A model generated the notes under the pieces. That model saw only the letters and a program-made list of their open reading frames with translations, did not search any database and was not told the origin of the DNA. A stretch of 22,821 bases of DNA from Methanothrix sp. Lineage in GTDB: Archaea; Halobacteriota; Methanosarcinia; Methanotrichales; Methanotrichaceae. This document shows, piece by piece, positions 1 to 10,094 of the stretch (its first letter is position 1; every line of letters starts with the position of its first letter). The stretch lies in NCBI GenBank assembly GCA_040770465.1, contig JAXGJB010000043.1, positions 1 through 22,821 of the forward strand, read 5' to 3'. The translations under genes were made by a program, and so were the position numbers.

Positions 1-47
1 TATCCTTACAACAATATCTTCAGGGATCCGTTCGACCTTCATCGACC

Positions 48-1919
48 TCATTTCTTGTCGTTGACGACCTCGAAGTCGGCGTCGATCGTCTCTCCTGAGG
101 CTGAGGAGGAGCCACCCTGCTGGCTCTGCTGGCTCTGCTGCTGCTCTTGCTGCTGTTGTTGCTCCTGGGCCGCCTTCTGGTACATCGCCGTCGATAGCTC
201 GTAGATGGCGTTCTGGAGGGCCTCTGCCTTCTCCTTTATCCTCGCTATATCCCCGCTGGCCAACGCCTCCTTCGCCTCTTCGATCGCCTTCTCGATCTTC
301 TCCTTCTGGTCGGAGGTAACGACGCCCCCCGCATCCTTGAGGGTCTTCTCAGCGGTGTAGACGAGGGTCTCGGCCTGGTTCTTCGCCTCGATCTCCTCCT
401 TCCTCCTGGTGTCCTCGTAGGCGTGCTCCTCGGCCTCTCTGACCTTCCGCTCGATCTCGTTCTGAGAGAGCTTGTGGGGGGCGGAGATGGTGATCGCCTG
501 CTCCTTTCCAGTGGCGAGATCCTTTGCATTGACATTCAGTATGCCGTTAGCGTCGATGTCGAATGTCACCTCGATCTGAGGGATGCCCCTCGGCGCGGGC
601 GGGATACCCGCCAGGTTGAACCTGCCGAGGGACGTGTTGTCCTTGGCCATGGGCCTCTCCCCCTGGAGGACGTGAATCTCGACGGTCGTCTGGTTGTCTG
701 CGGCGGTGGTGAATATCTGGCTCTTTCTTGTGGGGATGGTGGTGTTCCTCTCGATCAGCTTGGTGTCGACGCCGCCGAGGGTCTCGATCCCGAGGCTGAG
801 GGGGGTCACGTCCAGAAGGAGAATATCCTTAACCTCGCCTCCGAGGACCCCGCCCTGGATCGCAGCGCCGATGGCGACGCACTCCATGGGGTCGACTCCA
901 CGCTCAGCCTCTTTTCCCATGAAGTCGCTGAGAAACTTCCTCACTGCGGGCATCCGGGTGGGGCCGCCGACGAGGACTATCTTGTCGATCCCGGTCTTAT
1001 CGAGCTTCGCATCCCGGATCGCCTGGGTCAATGGTCCCCGACACCGTTCCAGAACGTCCTTTATCAGCTCCTCGAGCTTCGCCCGGGTGATCGTCATCTC
1101 CAGGTGCTTGGGGCCGGTCTGGTCTGCGGTGATGTAGGGGAGGTTGATCGTCGTCTGCAGGACTGATGAGAGCTCGATCTTGGCGATCTCCACCGCCTCC
1201 CTCAGCCTCTGCATCGCCATCCGGTCGCCCTTGAGGTCGACCCCGGACTCCTGTCTGAACTTCTCGACGACGTAATTGGTGAGGATCTCGTCCATATCCC
1301 GGCCGCCGAGCTGGGTGTCTCCGCTCGTCGACTTGACCTCGAAGACACCTTCCCCCACCTCCATGATGGTGACGTCGAGGGTTCCTCCGCCGAAGTCGAA
1401 GACCATCATGGTCGCTTCGCCCTCCTTGTCCATGCCGTAGGCGAGGGCCGCGGCCGTAGGCTCGTTGATGATCCTGACGACGTCAAGGCCTGCGATGGTA
1501 CCGGCGTCTTTCGTCGCCTGCCTCTGGTTGTCGTTGAAGTAGGCGGGGACGGTGATCACGGCTTTATCCACCTTCTCGCCCAGGTACGCCTCGGCGTCCT
1601 CCTTGATCTTTCGCAGGATGTAGGAGGATATGTCCTGGGGCGTATAGGATTTGCCGAATACGTTGACCTTGTAGTCCTGGCCCATCTTTCTCTTGATCCC
1701 GGTTATGGTGCCGTCGGGGTTGGTCGCCGCCTGTCTTCGGGCCGGCTCTCCGACGAGCCTCTGGCCGTCTTTGGTGAAGGCGACGTAAGAGGGAAAGGCC
1801 TTCCCTCCGGCGACGATGCTCGTTCCCTCAGCGCTGGGGATCATGGTGGGCTTTCCGCCTATGAGGACGGCGGCAGCAGAGTTGCTGGTTCCCAGGTCTA
1901 TGCCTATGATCTTGGACAC
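48..1919 (-). CDS. dnaK: Chaperone DnaK (Hsp70)
   Basis: Hsp70 motifs [47 protein letters not shown] start with an AGGTGA RBS upstream. Gln-rich C-terminal tail. Confidence 0.99.
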   Translation of the reverse strand: MSKIIGIDLGTSNSAAAVLIGGKPTMIPSAEGTSIVAGGKAFPSYVAFTKDGQRLVGEPARRQAATNPDGTITGIKRKMGQDYKVNVFGKSYTPQDISSYILRKIKEDAEAYLGEKVDKAVITVPAYFNDNQRQATKDAGTIAGLDVVRIINEPTAAALAYGMDKEGEATMMVFDFGGGTLDVTIMEVGEGVFEVKSTSGDTQLGGRDMDEILTNYVVEKFRQESGVDLKGDRMAMQRLREAVEIAKIELSSVLQTTINLPYITADQTGPKHLEMTITRAKLEELIKDVLERCRGPLTQAIRDAKLDKTGIDKIVLVGGPTRMPAVRKFLSDFMGKEAERGVDPMECVAIGAAIQGGVLGGEVKDILLLDVTPLSLGIETLGGVDTKLIERNTTIPTRKSQIFTTAADNQTTVEIHVLQGERPMAKDNTSLGRFNLAGIPPAPRGIPQIEVTFDIDANGILNVNAKDLATGKEQAITISAPHKLSQNEIERKVREAEEHAYEDTRRKEEIEAKNQAETLVYTAEKTLKDAGGVVTSDQKEKIEKAIEEAKEALASGDIARIKEKAEALQNAIYELSTAMYQKAAQEQQQQQEQQQSQQSQQGGSSSASGETIDADFEVVNDKK

Positions 1920-1953
1920 GTTATCACCTTCTAGAAATCAAACGTCTGAATAT

Positions 1954-2556
1954 TTACGGTTTTTTGGAGACCAGGACCTTGGAGAAGCGGATCGGTCTGG
2001 AGTTCAGGGTGTAGCCGCGCAAGACCTCCTCGGTCACCGTCCCCTCTTCGTGCTCGTCGGACTCGACCATCATCAGAGCCTCGTGCCGATAGGGGTCGAA
2101 CTTCTTTCCCACCGCCTCGACGGGCTCGAGGCCCTCGGCCCTTAAGACGGCCAGAAGCTGCTGGCGGATCTTATCCATGCCGTCGACGTGCTTTGCTGCC
2201 TGATCGAGGCTGTCGATCACCGGGAGAAGCTTCGTTATGATCTTCTCCGAGGCGTATCGAGAGAGGGCCTCCTTCTCCCTGGCGGCTCGCTTCGCGGCGT
2301 TCTCCATCTCCGCCCTGCACCGCAGAAGCTGGTCTGTCCGCTCTTCCGCCACCCTCTTCGCCTCAAGAAAGAGATCGAAAAGCTCCCCGGAGTCCAGCTC
2401 GTCGAGGTCGAGATCCGCAAGGTCGAGACCTTCGGCCTCTTCGACCTTTCGACCGGGCTTTCCAGCCCCGACTTCAGCGCTCTTGCCGGTCCCGGCAGCG
2501 CCTTCGGCCTTCTTGTCTGAACGCTCATCCGTTTCTTTGCCGTGCTTCGGCTTCAT
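1954..2556 (-). CDS. grpE: Nucleotide exchange factor GrpE
   Basis: RAEMEN..KR, LLPVIDSLDQA, FDPYRHEA, GYTLNSRPIR.SKV.V. Directly upstream of dnaK. Start placed at ATG 2556 (GGGTG RBS-like site just upstream) rather than 2583. Confidence 0.96.
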   Translation of the reverse strand: MKPKHGKETDERSDKKAEGAAGTGKSAEVGAGKPGRKVEEAEGLDLADLDLDELDSGELFDLFLEAKRVAEERTDQLLRCRAEMENAAKRAAREKEALSRYASEKIITKLLPVIDSLDQAAKHVDGMDKIRQQLLAVLRAEGLEPVEAVGKKFDPYRHEALMMVESDEHEEGTVTEEVLRGYTLNSRPIRFSKVLVSKKP

Positions 2557-2680
2557 AAACCACCCATTCTCTTCGGGGCGCACGAGATAGCTGACAAAAA
2601 GTCATGATCTGATCGGGTCCGGAGGGCGAGATGCTTCCGCCTCCGGGCCCGCGAAGCCCGCGAATAATCGATCCGCCCCT

Positions 2681-4327
2681 CTACATCATGGGGGGCATCA
2701 TCGGCCTTCTGGTGTAGTCGTGGGGGTTCTGGCCAGGCTTTGGCTTCAGCCCCTCGACCTTGGCCGCGATTACGTCGTCGACCCGAAGGACGAGGGTGGC
2801 GGCAGCGGTGGCGGACTTGATCGCCTGGGTCTTGACCCTGAGAGGCTCTACCACGCCCTGCTCCATCATGTCGACGGCCTTCCCGGAACTCATGTCGATC
2901 CCGAAACCCTTCTTGCCCGCGCCGTGGCTGGACCGGAGGTCGACGAGCGAGTTGATGGGGTCGAAACCGGCGTTCTCTGCCAGGGCCACGGGGATCTCCT
3001 CGACGGCGTCGGCGAAGGCCTTGACGGCGAGCTGATCCCTGCCGGTGATGGTGGAGGCGTACTGCCGGAGCCTCTCCGCCACCTCGATCTCGGGAGCTCC
3101 ACCGCCGGGAACTATCTTCTTCGATTCCAGGACCGTCGCAAGAGACCACATGGCGTCCTCAAGAGCCCTCTCGACGTTATCTCTGAGCTGCTCGCTCGAC
3201 CCGTGGATGACCACCGTCACTGCCTTGGCGCCGTGGCACCCCTCGACGAAGATCATCTTCTTATCCTTTCCGACCTTCTTCTCACCGACGAGGTCAGCGG
3301 ACCCCAGGTCCTCCGCCCTCATCTCCAGGGGGTCGGTGACGATCCTCCCGCCGGTGGCGAGAGCCAGAAACTTCATCTCGTCGTCGCCGACCCTCCGCGC
3401 GGCGATGATCCCGAAGTTTGCGAGGTACCGGGAGGCGTAGGCACCGATACCCTGCTTGCAGAATACGACGTTTGCGCCGGCCTTGGCCATGGCGTCGACC
3501 TTCTCCTTGAGAACCTCGTCCTCCCCCTCCCGGAAGCTGCTGAGGCTCTCGGGGCTGGAGATGGTGACCTTGGCATCGGTGGAGAGCTTCTTCAGCTCCA
3601 GGGTCCCGTCCAGGAGGGCGATCTTCGCTCCTGCCACCTTCTTCGGCATATCGGGGTTGAGCCTCTCCTTGTCCAGGACGACCCCCTCCACGAGGATCGT
3701 ATCCTTCACCGATCCGCTCCCGATCTTGACGAAGCTCACCCTCTCCTCGACGTCCACCTTCCCATCCTCTGCGATGGCAGCGGCGGCTTCGACGCAGATC
3801 TCGGTGAGCTTCTCCTTGAAGACCTCGATCCCCTTCCCGGTCATGGCGGTCACGGCGATCTTATTCAATATTTCGCGATCGTCCTTCGAGACATCCACCG
3901 CCATATCCTCCAGAAACTCGTAGGACTTGCTCTGAGCCGCCTTATAGCCCTGGACGATCACCGTGGGATGGACGCCGTTATTGATCAGCTCCTCGGCATT
4001 TTCGAGAAGCCCTCCGGCGATGACGACGGCGGTGGTGGTCCCGTCCCCCACCTCGTCCTCCTGAGCCCGGGCCACCTCGACTATCATCTTCGCCACCGGG
4101 TGCTCGATATCCATCTCTCTGAGGATGGTGGCTCCGTCGTTGGTGATGACCACGTCACCCGTGCCGTCCACCAGCATCTTGTCCATGCCCTTGGGGCCCA
4201 GGGTGGTCCTCAGAGCCAGAGCGACCGCCTTTGCCGCCGTGATGTTCCTGCGCTGAGCTTCCTTTCCGGTCTCGCGCTTATGTCCCTCTTTCAGAATGAG
4301 TATAGGAGCGTTTGTTAAGCCAGCCAA
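2681..4327 (-). CDS. ths: Thermosome (group II chaperonin) subunit
   Basis: [47 protein letters not shown] start with a GGAGG RBS. Confidence 0.97.
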   Translation of the reverse strand: MAGLTNAPILILKEGHKRETGKEAQRRNITAAKAVALALRTTLGPKGMDKMLVDGTGDVVITNDGATILREMDIEHPVAKMIVEVARAQEDEVGDGTTTAVVIAGGLLENAEELINNGVHPTVIVQGYKAAQSKSYEFLEDMAVDVSKDDREILNKIAVTAMTGKGIEVFKEKLTEICVEAAAAIAEDGKVDVEERVSFVKIGSGSVKDTILVEGVVLDKERLNPDMPKKVAGAKIALLDGTLELKKLSTDAKVTISSPESLSSFREGEDEVLKEKVDAMAKAGANVVFCKQGIGAYASRYLANFGIIAARRVGDDEMKFLALATGGRIVTDPLEMRAEDLGSADLVGEKKVGKDKKMIFVEGCHGAKAVTVVIHGSSEQLRDNVERALEDAMWSLATVLESKKIVPGGGAPEIEVAERLRQYASTITGRDQLAVKAFADAVEEIPVALAENAGFDPINSLVDLRSSHGAGKKGFGIDMSSGKAVDMMEQGVVEPLRVKTQAIKSATAAATLVLRVDDVIAAKVEGLKPKPGQNPHDYTRRPMMPPMM

Positions 4328-4369
4328 ATCGAGGCCTCCCCTTTCGTTCTGGTCATCAGCAGTTTAAAG

Positions 4370-4387
4370 TTCTATATAAACATTTCG
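4370..4387 (-). promoter_or_regulatory. BRE/TATA promoter of the thermosome-grpE-dnaK cluster
   Basis: Minus strand reads CGAAATG-TTTATATA-GAA, about 45 bp upstream of the thermosome start. This is a canonical archaeal BRE plus TATA. Confidence 0.75.
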
Positions 4388-4415
4388 CGAGGCGTTTCCG
4401 GCGCCGGAGATGCAG

Positions 4416-4446
4416 TATATAGACTATATAGGAAAATGCTATATAT
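4416..4446 (+). promoter_or_regulatory. pst promoter region: palindrome TATATAG-A-CTATATA plus BRE/TATA
   Basis: Perfect 7-bp inverted repeat at 4416-4430, followed by GGAAAATG-CTATATAT (4431-4446) directly upstream of pstS. Confidence 0.55.
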
Positions 4447-5343
4447 ATGGGTATGGTGAAGTTCGATCGATTGAAAGAACCTGAGAGATCACCCTATATT
4501 CGGCTTCTGATGGTGGCATTCCTGATCGTCGTGGCGACAGGGTGCGTTGAAGAGGGGGGACGGGAGAGCCTGGTCATCACCGGCTCCACCACTGTTCTTC
4601 CCGCCGTGGAGAGGTGCGCAGAGGTCTTCAACCAGGCCCAGGACGAGATCGGTGTCCAGGTGAGCAGCGGCGGATCGGGAAGGGGGATTCAGGACGTGGC
4701 TTCGGGGCTCGCCGACGTCGGCATGGCCTCCCGAGAGGTGAAGGAGTCGGAGATCTTGCAGTTCGGGGACCGTTTTACAGAGCACCTCATCGGCTACGAT
4801 GCCATCGCCCTCGTGGTCAGCAAAGAGATCTACGACGCCGGCGTAACGGGCCTCTCCTCCGAAGAGGTCTCGGAGATATACGCCGGCAATATCAAAAGCT
4901 GGAAGGATGTCGGCGGTCCCGACGTCATGATACTGCCCGTGGCGAGGGTTCCCGGGTCGGGGACGGGGGATACCTTCAACGAGATGATCATGGGCAGCAG
5001 CCGTGCCGAGACCGAAGGGGTAGAGGTCAACGCCATGGAGAACGCCGAGATCAAGACCCTGATAGTTCAGAGCGATAAGGCCATCGGGTACCTGGGCGTA
5101 GGATACGCCAAGACCGGGGACCTGGGGGTCGTGGCCCTCGACGGGGTCAGTCCGACGGAGGAGAACATCAGGAACAAAACCTACAGTTTATCGAGGCCCC
5201 TTTACCTGTACACCTGGGACGGCACGAGCGAGACCGAGGCAAAGTTCATAAATTTCGTTTTGGGGCCTGAGGGTCAGAGGATAATGGAGGAGGAGGGCTT
5301 CTTTTCGGCCGCAGCTCCCCCCGGTCCGGATGGTCGGGGATGA
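4447..5343 (+). CDS. pstS: Phosphate ABC transporter substrate-binding lipoprotein PstS
   Basis: ITGSTTV, GGSGRG, GMASRE, GSGT, LSRPLYLY motifs and a lipobox-like VATGC. The true start may be downstream (TTG 4471 or ATG 4510) because 4447 abuts the TATA-like element. Confidence 0.93.
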   Translation: MGMVKFDRLKEPERSPYIRLLMVAFLIVVATGCVEEGGRESLVITGSTTVLPAVERCAEVFNQAQDEIGVQVSSGGSGRGIQDVASGLADVGMASREVKESEILQFGDRFTEHLIGYDAIALVVSKEIYDAGVTGLSSEEVSEIYAGNIKSWKDVGGPDVMILPVARVPGSGTGDTFNEMIMGSSRAETEGVEVNAMENAEIKTLIVQSDKAIGYLGVGYAKTGDLGVVALDGVSPTEENIRNKTYSLSRPLYLYTWDGTSETEAKFINFVLGPEGQRIMEEEGFFSAAAPPGPDGRG

Positions 5344-5344
5344 T

Positions 5345-5383
5345 AATGAGAATTTCAGGCAGAATGAGAATTTCAGGCAGAAT
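5345..5383. repeat. 18-bp perfect tandem duplication between pstS and pstB
   Basis: AATGAGAATTTCAGGCAG at 5345-5362 and 5363-5380, followed by a partial AAT. Confidence 0.95.
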
Positions 5384-5403
5384 TTTAATTACGGGGTCTT
5401 GCG

Positions 5404-6150
5404 ATGCCTTTCAAGATTGAATCGAGGAACCTGAACCTGTGGTACGGCGAGAACCACGCCCTGAAAGATATATCGATCGGCATGCCCGAGAATCAGATCA
5501 CGGCGCTGATAGGCCCTTCGGGGTGCGGGAAGTCCACATTCATCCGCTGTCTCAACCGGATGAACGACCTCGTCGACATCGTCCGTATCGATGGCGAGGT
5601 CCTCTACAACGACGTCAACATCTACGACAAAGATACGGACGTGGTGGAGCTTCGAAAGAACATCGGGATGGTCTTCCAGAAGCCAAACCCCTTTCCCATG
5701 TCCATCTACGACAACATCGCCTACGGCCCTCGGATTCACGGAGTGAAGAACGTGGACAGGATCGTTGAAGAGAGCCTCAAAAAGGCCGCCCTCTGGGACG
5801 AGGTCTCCGACCGCATCGAAAAGCCGGCCATGGGGCTCTCCGGTGGTCAGCAGCAGAGGCTCTGCATCGCCAGGGCCCTGGCCATGAAGCCGGATGTCAT
5901 CCTCTTCGACGAGCCCTGCAGCGCTCTGGATCCCTTATCCACGGGAAAGATCGAAGAGCTGATGGACGAGCTGAGAGGGTCGTACACCCAGGTGATCGTG
6001 ACCCACAACATGCAGCAGGCAGCCCGAGTCTCCGACTACACCGCCTACTTCCTCCTCGGCGAGCTGATCGAGTTCGGCGATACAAAAGAGATCTTCGAGA
6101 ACCCTAAAGAGAAGAGCACAGAGGATTACATAACGGGCCGGTTCGGATGA
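5404..6150 (+). CDS. pstB: Phosphate ABC transporter ATP-binding protein PstB
   Basis: [52 protein letters not shown], and C-terminal YITGRFG. Confidence 0.98.
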   Translation: MPFKIESRNLNLWYGENHALKDISIGMPENQITALIGPSGCGKSTFIRCLNRMNDLVDIVRIDGEVLYNDVNIYDKDTDVVELRKNIGMVFQKPNPFPMSIYDNIAYGPRIHGVKNVDRIVEESLKKAALWDEVSDRIEKPAMGLSGGQQQRLCIARALAMKPDVILFDEPCSALDPLSTGKIEELMDELRGSYTQVIVTHNMQQAARVSDYTAYFLLGELIEFGDTKEIFENPKEKSTEDYITGRFG

Positions 6151-6172
6151 GTTAATCGACGGAGAGGGAGAG

Positions 6173-6832
6173 ATGAGTCCCTATAGAGAGCGTTATCACA
6201 GGGAGCTTGAAGAGCTCAAGATCGACGCGGAGAATCTGGTGGATCTGGTCGGCCAGGCGGTGGCCAAGTCGGTGGATTCCCTCCGCGAGTACGACGTGGA
6301 TAAGGCGCGAGAGGTCATAAGAGACGATCAGATGATCAACGATCTGAGCCTGAGGATAGAGAAGAGATGCATGCAGCTTTTGGCCCTCCAGCAGCCCATG
6401 GCAAAAGACCTCCGGCTGATCGTAACCACCCTGAAGATCGATATCGATCTCGAGCGGATCGGCGATCTCGCGGTGGACATAGCTCGGATCGTGGTCCACT
6501 CCAAAAACAAGGTCCACGTCAAGAGCCTGAAGAACATACCGAGGATGGCGGAGATCGCAGTTGAGATGCTGGTCCAGGCCAACAGGGCCTTCAAGGAGAA
6601 CGATGCCGAACTTGCCCGGGAGACGACGAAATGGGATTACGAGGTGGACGCCCTGTACCAGAAGGTCAGAGACACCCTCCTCAAGATCATCGGAGGAAAC
6701 CCAGACCTCATCGAGGATGCAACGCCCCTTCTCCTGGTCAACAAGCACCTGGAGAGGATCGCAGATCATGTATGCAACATATGCGAGAGCATCATTTACA
6801 TGGTCGAGGCGAAACGAGAACATCTCAACTGA
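6173..6832 (+). CDS. phoU: Phosphate signalling protein PhoU
   Basis: QQPMAKDLR, DLERIGDLA and HLERIADH twin PhoU repeats. Follows pstB. Confidence 0.97.
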   Translation: MSPYRERYHRELEELKIDAENLVDLVGQAVAKSVDSLREYDVDKAREVIRDDQMINDLSLRIEKRCMQLLALQQPMAKDLRLIVTTLKIDIDLERIGDLAVDIARIVVHSKNKVHVKSLKNIPRMAEIAVEMLVQANRAFKENDAELARETTKWDYEVDALYQKVRDTLLKIIGGNPDLIEDATPLLLVNKHLERIADHVCNICESIIYMVEAKREHLN

Positions 6833-6845
6833 TTGAGCGGGTTTT

Positions 6846-7847
6846 ATGGAGACCAGGAAAGTTCAGCGGACGGGAAAGTCGACCTTCATCGTCTCCCTCC
6901 CCAAGCTCTGGGCAGTGAAAAACGACATCCAACCGGGCTCCTTGATCTACATAAACCAGAGCGAGAACGGCGCCCTGGTCCTCACCCCCGATCGGTCCGA
7001 GAGGGAGCTGGCCACCAGGCTTGAGGTAGGAGACAAGGTGGGCGACCCCCTGATACGGGACATCATCGGCTGTTACGTCTCAGGGTACAGGACGATCGAG
7101 GTCGCCTCGACCCACATGACCGCAGACCAGAAGAAGGACATCCACTCGATCGTCCAGAAGCTGATCGGCCCGGAGATCCTGGAGGAGACGGTCAACAAGG
7201 TCCTGATACAGGACCTGATCGACCCGGAGGAGCTCCAGTCGGAGCGGGCCCTCCGGAGGATAAAGACGGTGGTGAGGTCCATGATCCAGGACGCCCTCAG
7301 CTCCCTGTTGACCAACGACCGGGAGATGGCCGCCGACGTCATCCAGAGGGACGATGACGTAGACAGGCTGTACCTGCTCGTCTCGCGCCAGTTCACCGAG
7401 ATTCTGCGGTCCGGCTCGGTGAAGCAGGAGTCCCTCGACCCCATCACCGCCTTCAACTACACCAGGGCCGCCACAAACCTCGAGCGGATGGCAGACCACG
7501 CTGCCAGGGTCGCCGAGATGATCCTCAAGTGCGACTGCACCCTTCCTGCCAACATCGTCGAGGAGATGAGCCGGATATCGCCCCAGCTTCTGGGCCTCAT
7601 CGAGGACTCGATATCATCTCTCGTCTTGCTCAACTCGGGGAAGGCGAACGAGGTTATCGAACTCTCCCGGCGGCTCCGAAGAGAGATCAACCAGATGGTA
7701 TCGGCCGCCAGCTTCTCAGACGAACACGAGGACGCCCTTTTGAGGATGGTGGCCACCAGCATCGAGCGTCTGCTCGACTACATCAAAAACATCGGCGAGC
7801 TCGCCATAAACCTCAGCCAGACCGTACCCCACACCGAGGCGAAGTAG
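6846..7847 (+). CDS. Archaeal phosphate uptake regulator (N-terminal AbrB/MazE-like DNA-binding domain plus PhoU domains)
   Basis: N-terminal RKVQRTGKSTFIVSLPKLW and PhoU-like DDDVDRLY, LERMADHA, ERLLDYIKNIGE. Lies in the pst cluster. Confidence 0.9.
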   Translation: METRKVQRTGKSTFIVSLPKLWAVKNDIQPGSLIYINQSENGALVLTPDRSERELATRLEVGDKVGDPLIRDIIGCYVSGYRTIEVASTHMTADQKKDIHSIVQKLIGPEILEETVNKVLIQDLIDPEELQSERALRRIKTVVRSMIQDALSSLLTNDREMAADVIQRDDDVDRLYLLVSRQFTEILRSGSVKQESLDPITAFNYTRAATNLERMADHAARVAEMILKCDCTLPANIVEEMSRISPQLLGLIEDSISSLVLLNSGKANEVIELSRRLRREINQMVSAASFSDEHEDALLRMVATSIERLLDYIKNIGELAINLSQTVPHTEAK

Positions 7848-8540
7848 GTGACGCCACCTTCTGCCCCCTCCGCCGAAGAGAGGAGACGTTTATTCTCGCT
7901 CCAGGACGATGTCGCGTCCAGGGTCGTCCTGGAGGACCGGTTCTCTGAAAAGGTGGTCGCCGGGGTCGACCAGGCCTTCATATCCGGGGAAGAAGGCGGA
8001 GAGTTGGTGGTCAGCGGGGCCGTCGCCCTCGACTCGTCCCTCCAGCTCATCTCCAAATCCTGGGCGGTCATCGAAACGACTTTTCCTTATGTTCCGGGCC
8101 TCCTCTCTTTCCGGGAGGGAACTTGTGCCGTGGAGGCGGCGAGGAGGCTCGACCCCGCCCCCACCATCCTCTTCGTCGACGGCTGCGGGATCAACCATCC
8201 CCGGAGAGCGGGGCTTGCAAGCGCCATAGGCGTCTCCCTCGACCTTCCCACCGTGGGCGTCAGCAAGAACGTCCTCTGCGGCAGCTTCGATCCGCCCCGT
8301 CGGGTGGGGGACGCCTCGCCCCTGGTCCATCGGGGAGAAATGGTTGGCTACGTCCTCTTCTCCAAAAAGAGGTGCCGTCCGATCGTGGTGGCTCCGGGCC
8401 ACCGGGTATCCGTCGAGTCGGCCCTGACTCTCGCCCAGCGGTACCTCCGGGACCACAAGCTTCCTGAGCCGTGTTTCTTGGCTCATCAGCATGCAAATGA
8501 CGTGAAGCGCCGAATTTTGAGAAAAGAGATATCTATTTAA
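7848..8540 (+). CDS. nfi: Endonuclease V (deoxyinosine 3' endonuclease)
   Basis: AGVD, FPYVPGLLSFRE, VDGCGINHPRRAGLAS, GVSK, KLPEP. GTG start abuts the upstream stop codon. Confidence 0.96.
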   Translation: MTPPSAPSAEERRRLFSLQDDVASRVVLEDRFSEKVVAGVDQAFISGEEGGELVVSGAVALDSSLQLISKSWAVIETTFPYVPGLLSFREGTCAVEAARRLDPAPTILFVDGCGINHPRRAGLASAIGVSLDLPTVGVSKNVLCGSFDPPRRVGDASPLVHRGEMVGYVLFSKKRCRPIVVAPGHRVSVESALTLAQRYLRDHKLPEPCFLAHQHANDVKRRILRKEISI

Positions 8541-8589
8541 TTAGGGAATTAATTTTGCAAGAGTCAACTTGCGGCGATGCACCACGCAG

Positions 8590-8622
8590 AATCAAATTTC
8601 GTGCGACCACCCCGCCCTAAAG
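8590..8622 (+). mobile_element. Truncated copy of an IS200/IS605-end-like hairpin element
   Basis: AATCAAATTTCGTGCGACCACCCCGCCCTAAAG is 29/33 identical to 16805-16837. It stops one base after the TAAA loop, so the 3' arm of the hairpin is missing. Confidence 0.6.
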
Positions 8623-8732
8623 TGCATCGGTTCAGGGTCCATCCCCGCGTCAATGAGGACCGGGACCTCATCGAGGATCAGGTAGACTTTGCCGTCGAAG
8701 GGCGAGCCTGAAACCTTGTGCACTTCCACCAT
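8592..8732 (-). pseudogene. 5' fragment of a metallo-beta-lactamase-fold hydrolase gene
   Basis: My translation: MVEVHKVSGSPFDGKVYLILDEVPVLIDAGMDPEPMH, then out of register into the hairpin element (FRAGWSHEI*). VYLI...VLIDAG is MBL motif 1, and the HxHxDH motif is never reached. AGGTG RBS and host-like GC-rich codons. Confidence 0.7.
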
Positions 8733-9172
8733 TCCAACACCTGACCCCCGAATGGTCTTCATCGATATATCTGTTTGACATCGCTGGACATTAAGAGATG
8801 ATCAATGGGCGGGTCATTTTAGTCATATGTATTTAGCCCCCAAAAATCGCGAGCATGATGCGGGTTTCGTCTAATAGAAACACGTCGACCAGCAACTTGT
8901 GCGAGAATAAAAAGGATACATAATTTTTAAGTTAATTGAAGTTAGCTTTCTGGAACTGGCCACGCGACATCAGATCTATCGAGTCTAAAGATGCTGTTTG
9001 TTGGGTGCTAATAGTACGATAACAGAAGGTTCTAATTTAGTTATAAAATTATATATTAAAATTATGTTAACAGGAATCTATCGAGTCCATGGTTTGTGTC
9101 AGAACGGCTATAAAGACAGAAAAATCAATGTGCAAAGTAGTTAAATTGCGGTTAAGACGGGCAGGAGATAAG

Positions 9173-9511
9173 ATGATACCTTGGCTTCTGACAGCATCAG
9201 CATATTCGGTTCCGAGTGAGATCGGCGTTGGGCTTGAACCACATGAGCGACCAGAACTGATCCTCTGGCTCATTGTAGCCGCAGTATCGTTAATACCTCT
9301 TGTGATATTTTCTGTAAGCTATTATAGGGTAAGAAGCCCAAAATTACTGATAACAACCCTAGCATATTCCCTTTTCTTTGCCAAAGCGCTGATTTTAGCA
9401 ATGAAACTCTTTGTACCCAATTACGTTGATGAGATATGGTGGTCAGTTGCTGCCATATTGGACATCATTATAATAAGTCTCATCGCCTATTCACTGGGAA
9501 GGAAGTCATAA
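9173..9511 (+). CDS. Small membrane protein (3 TM), paralog of 16123-16494
   Basis: Three hydrophobic helices. ATG 9173 has an AGGAG RBS and is preferred over 9089. Stop lies 6 bp before the wHTH gene. Confidence 0.8.
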   Translation: MIPWLLTASAYSVPSEIGVGLEPHERPELILWLIVAAVSLIPLVIFSVSYYRVRSPKLLITTLAYSLFFAKALILAMKLFVPNYVDEIWWSVAAILDIIIISLIAYSLGRKS

Positions 9512-9517
9512 AATCGT

Positions 9518-10039
9518 ATGCAAGATGATGCCACCCTTGAGAACCGAAAGCTGATATTCGACTACATCTCAGATCATCCAGGAGTGCATCTGAGGAAAAT
9601 TTCAAGGGATATTAGTATACATCTTAGTACATTGAGATATCATCTGAATTATCTTGAGAAAGAAGGATTGATAACGTGCCAAAAACAAGGTAATCTAAAG
9701 CTATATTTCGTCTCTGGAAAGCTCAATCCCCACGAAAAAAATCTGACACCTTTGCTTCAACAGAAGCGTTTTCGAGACGTTGTAATCATCATAATAAAGG
9801 CTCATGAGCTTACGTCATCACAAATAGCTGAGAAGCTATCTGTGAATCCATCAACCGCCTCTAAATATATCAAGATTTTAGAGAGGAGAGGAGTAATATC
9901 CCACAAAAAAGTTGATGGGAAGAAGATATATTACCTAAACGACGAAGAGAACATTGTTAAAATTTTGTTGACATATAAAAAATCTATGTGGGATTCCTTT
10001 GTGGACAACGTTTTGGAGATATATCTTGAGAGAGAATAA
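9518..10039 (+). CDS. Tandem winged-helix transcriptional regulator (ArsR/MarR-like double wHTH)
   Basis: Two HTH units: HPGVHLRKISRD...STLRYHLNYLEKEGLI and LTSSQIAEKL.VNPSTASKYIKILERRGVI. C-terminal helix shared with 15571-16116. Confidence 0.9.
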   Translation: MQDDATLENRKLIFDYISDHPGVHLRKISRDISIHLSTLRYHLNYLEKEGLITCQKQGNLKLYFVSGKLNPHEKNLTPLLQQKRFRDVVIIIIKAHELTSSQIAEKLSVNPSTASKYIKILERRGVISHKKVDGKKIYYLNDEENIVKILLTYKKSMWDSFVDNVLEIYLERE

Positions 10040-10094
10040 TTTACACTTTGTGCCATGATTTACACTTTGTGCCATAATTGACACTTTGTGTCAA
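10036..10094. repeat. Three tandem 19-bp repeats; the third contains a perfect palindrome (operator-like array)
   Basis: ATAATTTACACTTTGTGCC / ATGATTTACACTTTGTGCC / ATAATTGACACTTTGTGTC. TTGACAC-TTT-GTGTCAA at 10078-10094. Confidence 0.9.

Noticed and set aside
118-170. Poly-Gln CAG/CAA tract at the DnaK C-terminus
   Set aside because: Low-complexity tails are normal for DnaK.
2720-4318. 532-aa ORF on the + strand (also 423-1166, 6152-6823, 7890-8492, 17419-17979)
   Set aside because: These are antisense shadows of well-supported genes. GC-rich codon bias suppresses stops on the opposite strand, and they carry no motifs.
8760-8773. GATATATCGATG (minus strand) as a fourth copy of the ATMTATCGAGTY motif
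   Set aside because: It lacks the GAGT end and is more simply the TATA-like element of the truncated MBL gene.
10036-10092. Possible mini-CRISPR array
   Set aside because: The repeats are contiguous 19-mers with no spacers, and no cas genes are present.
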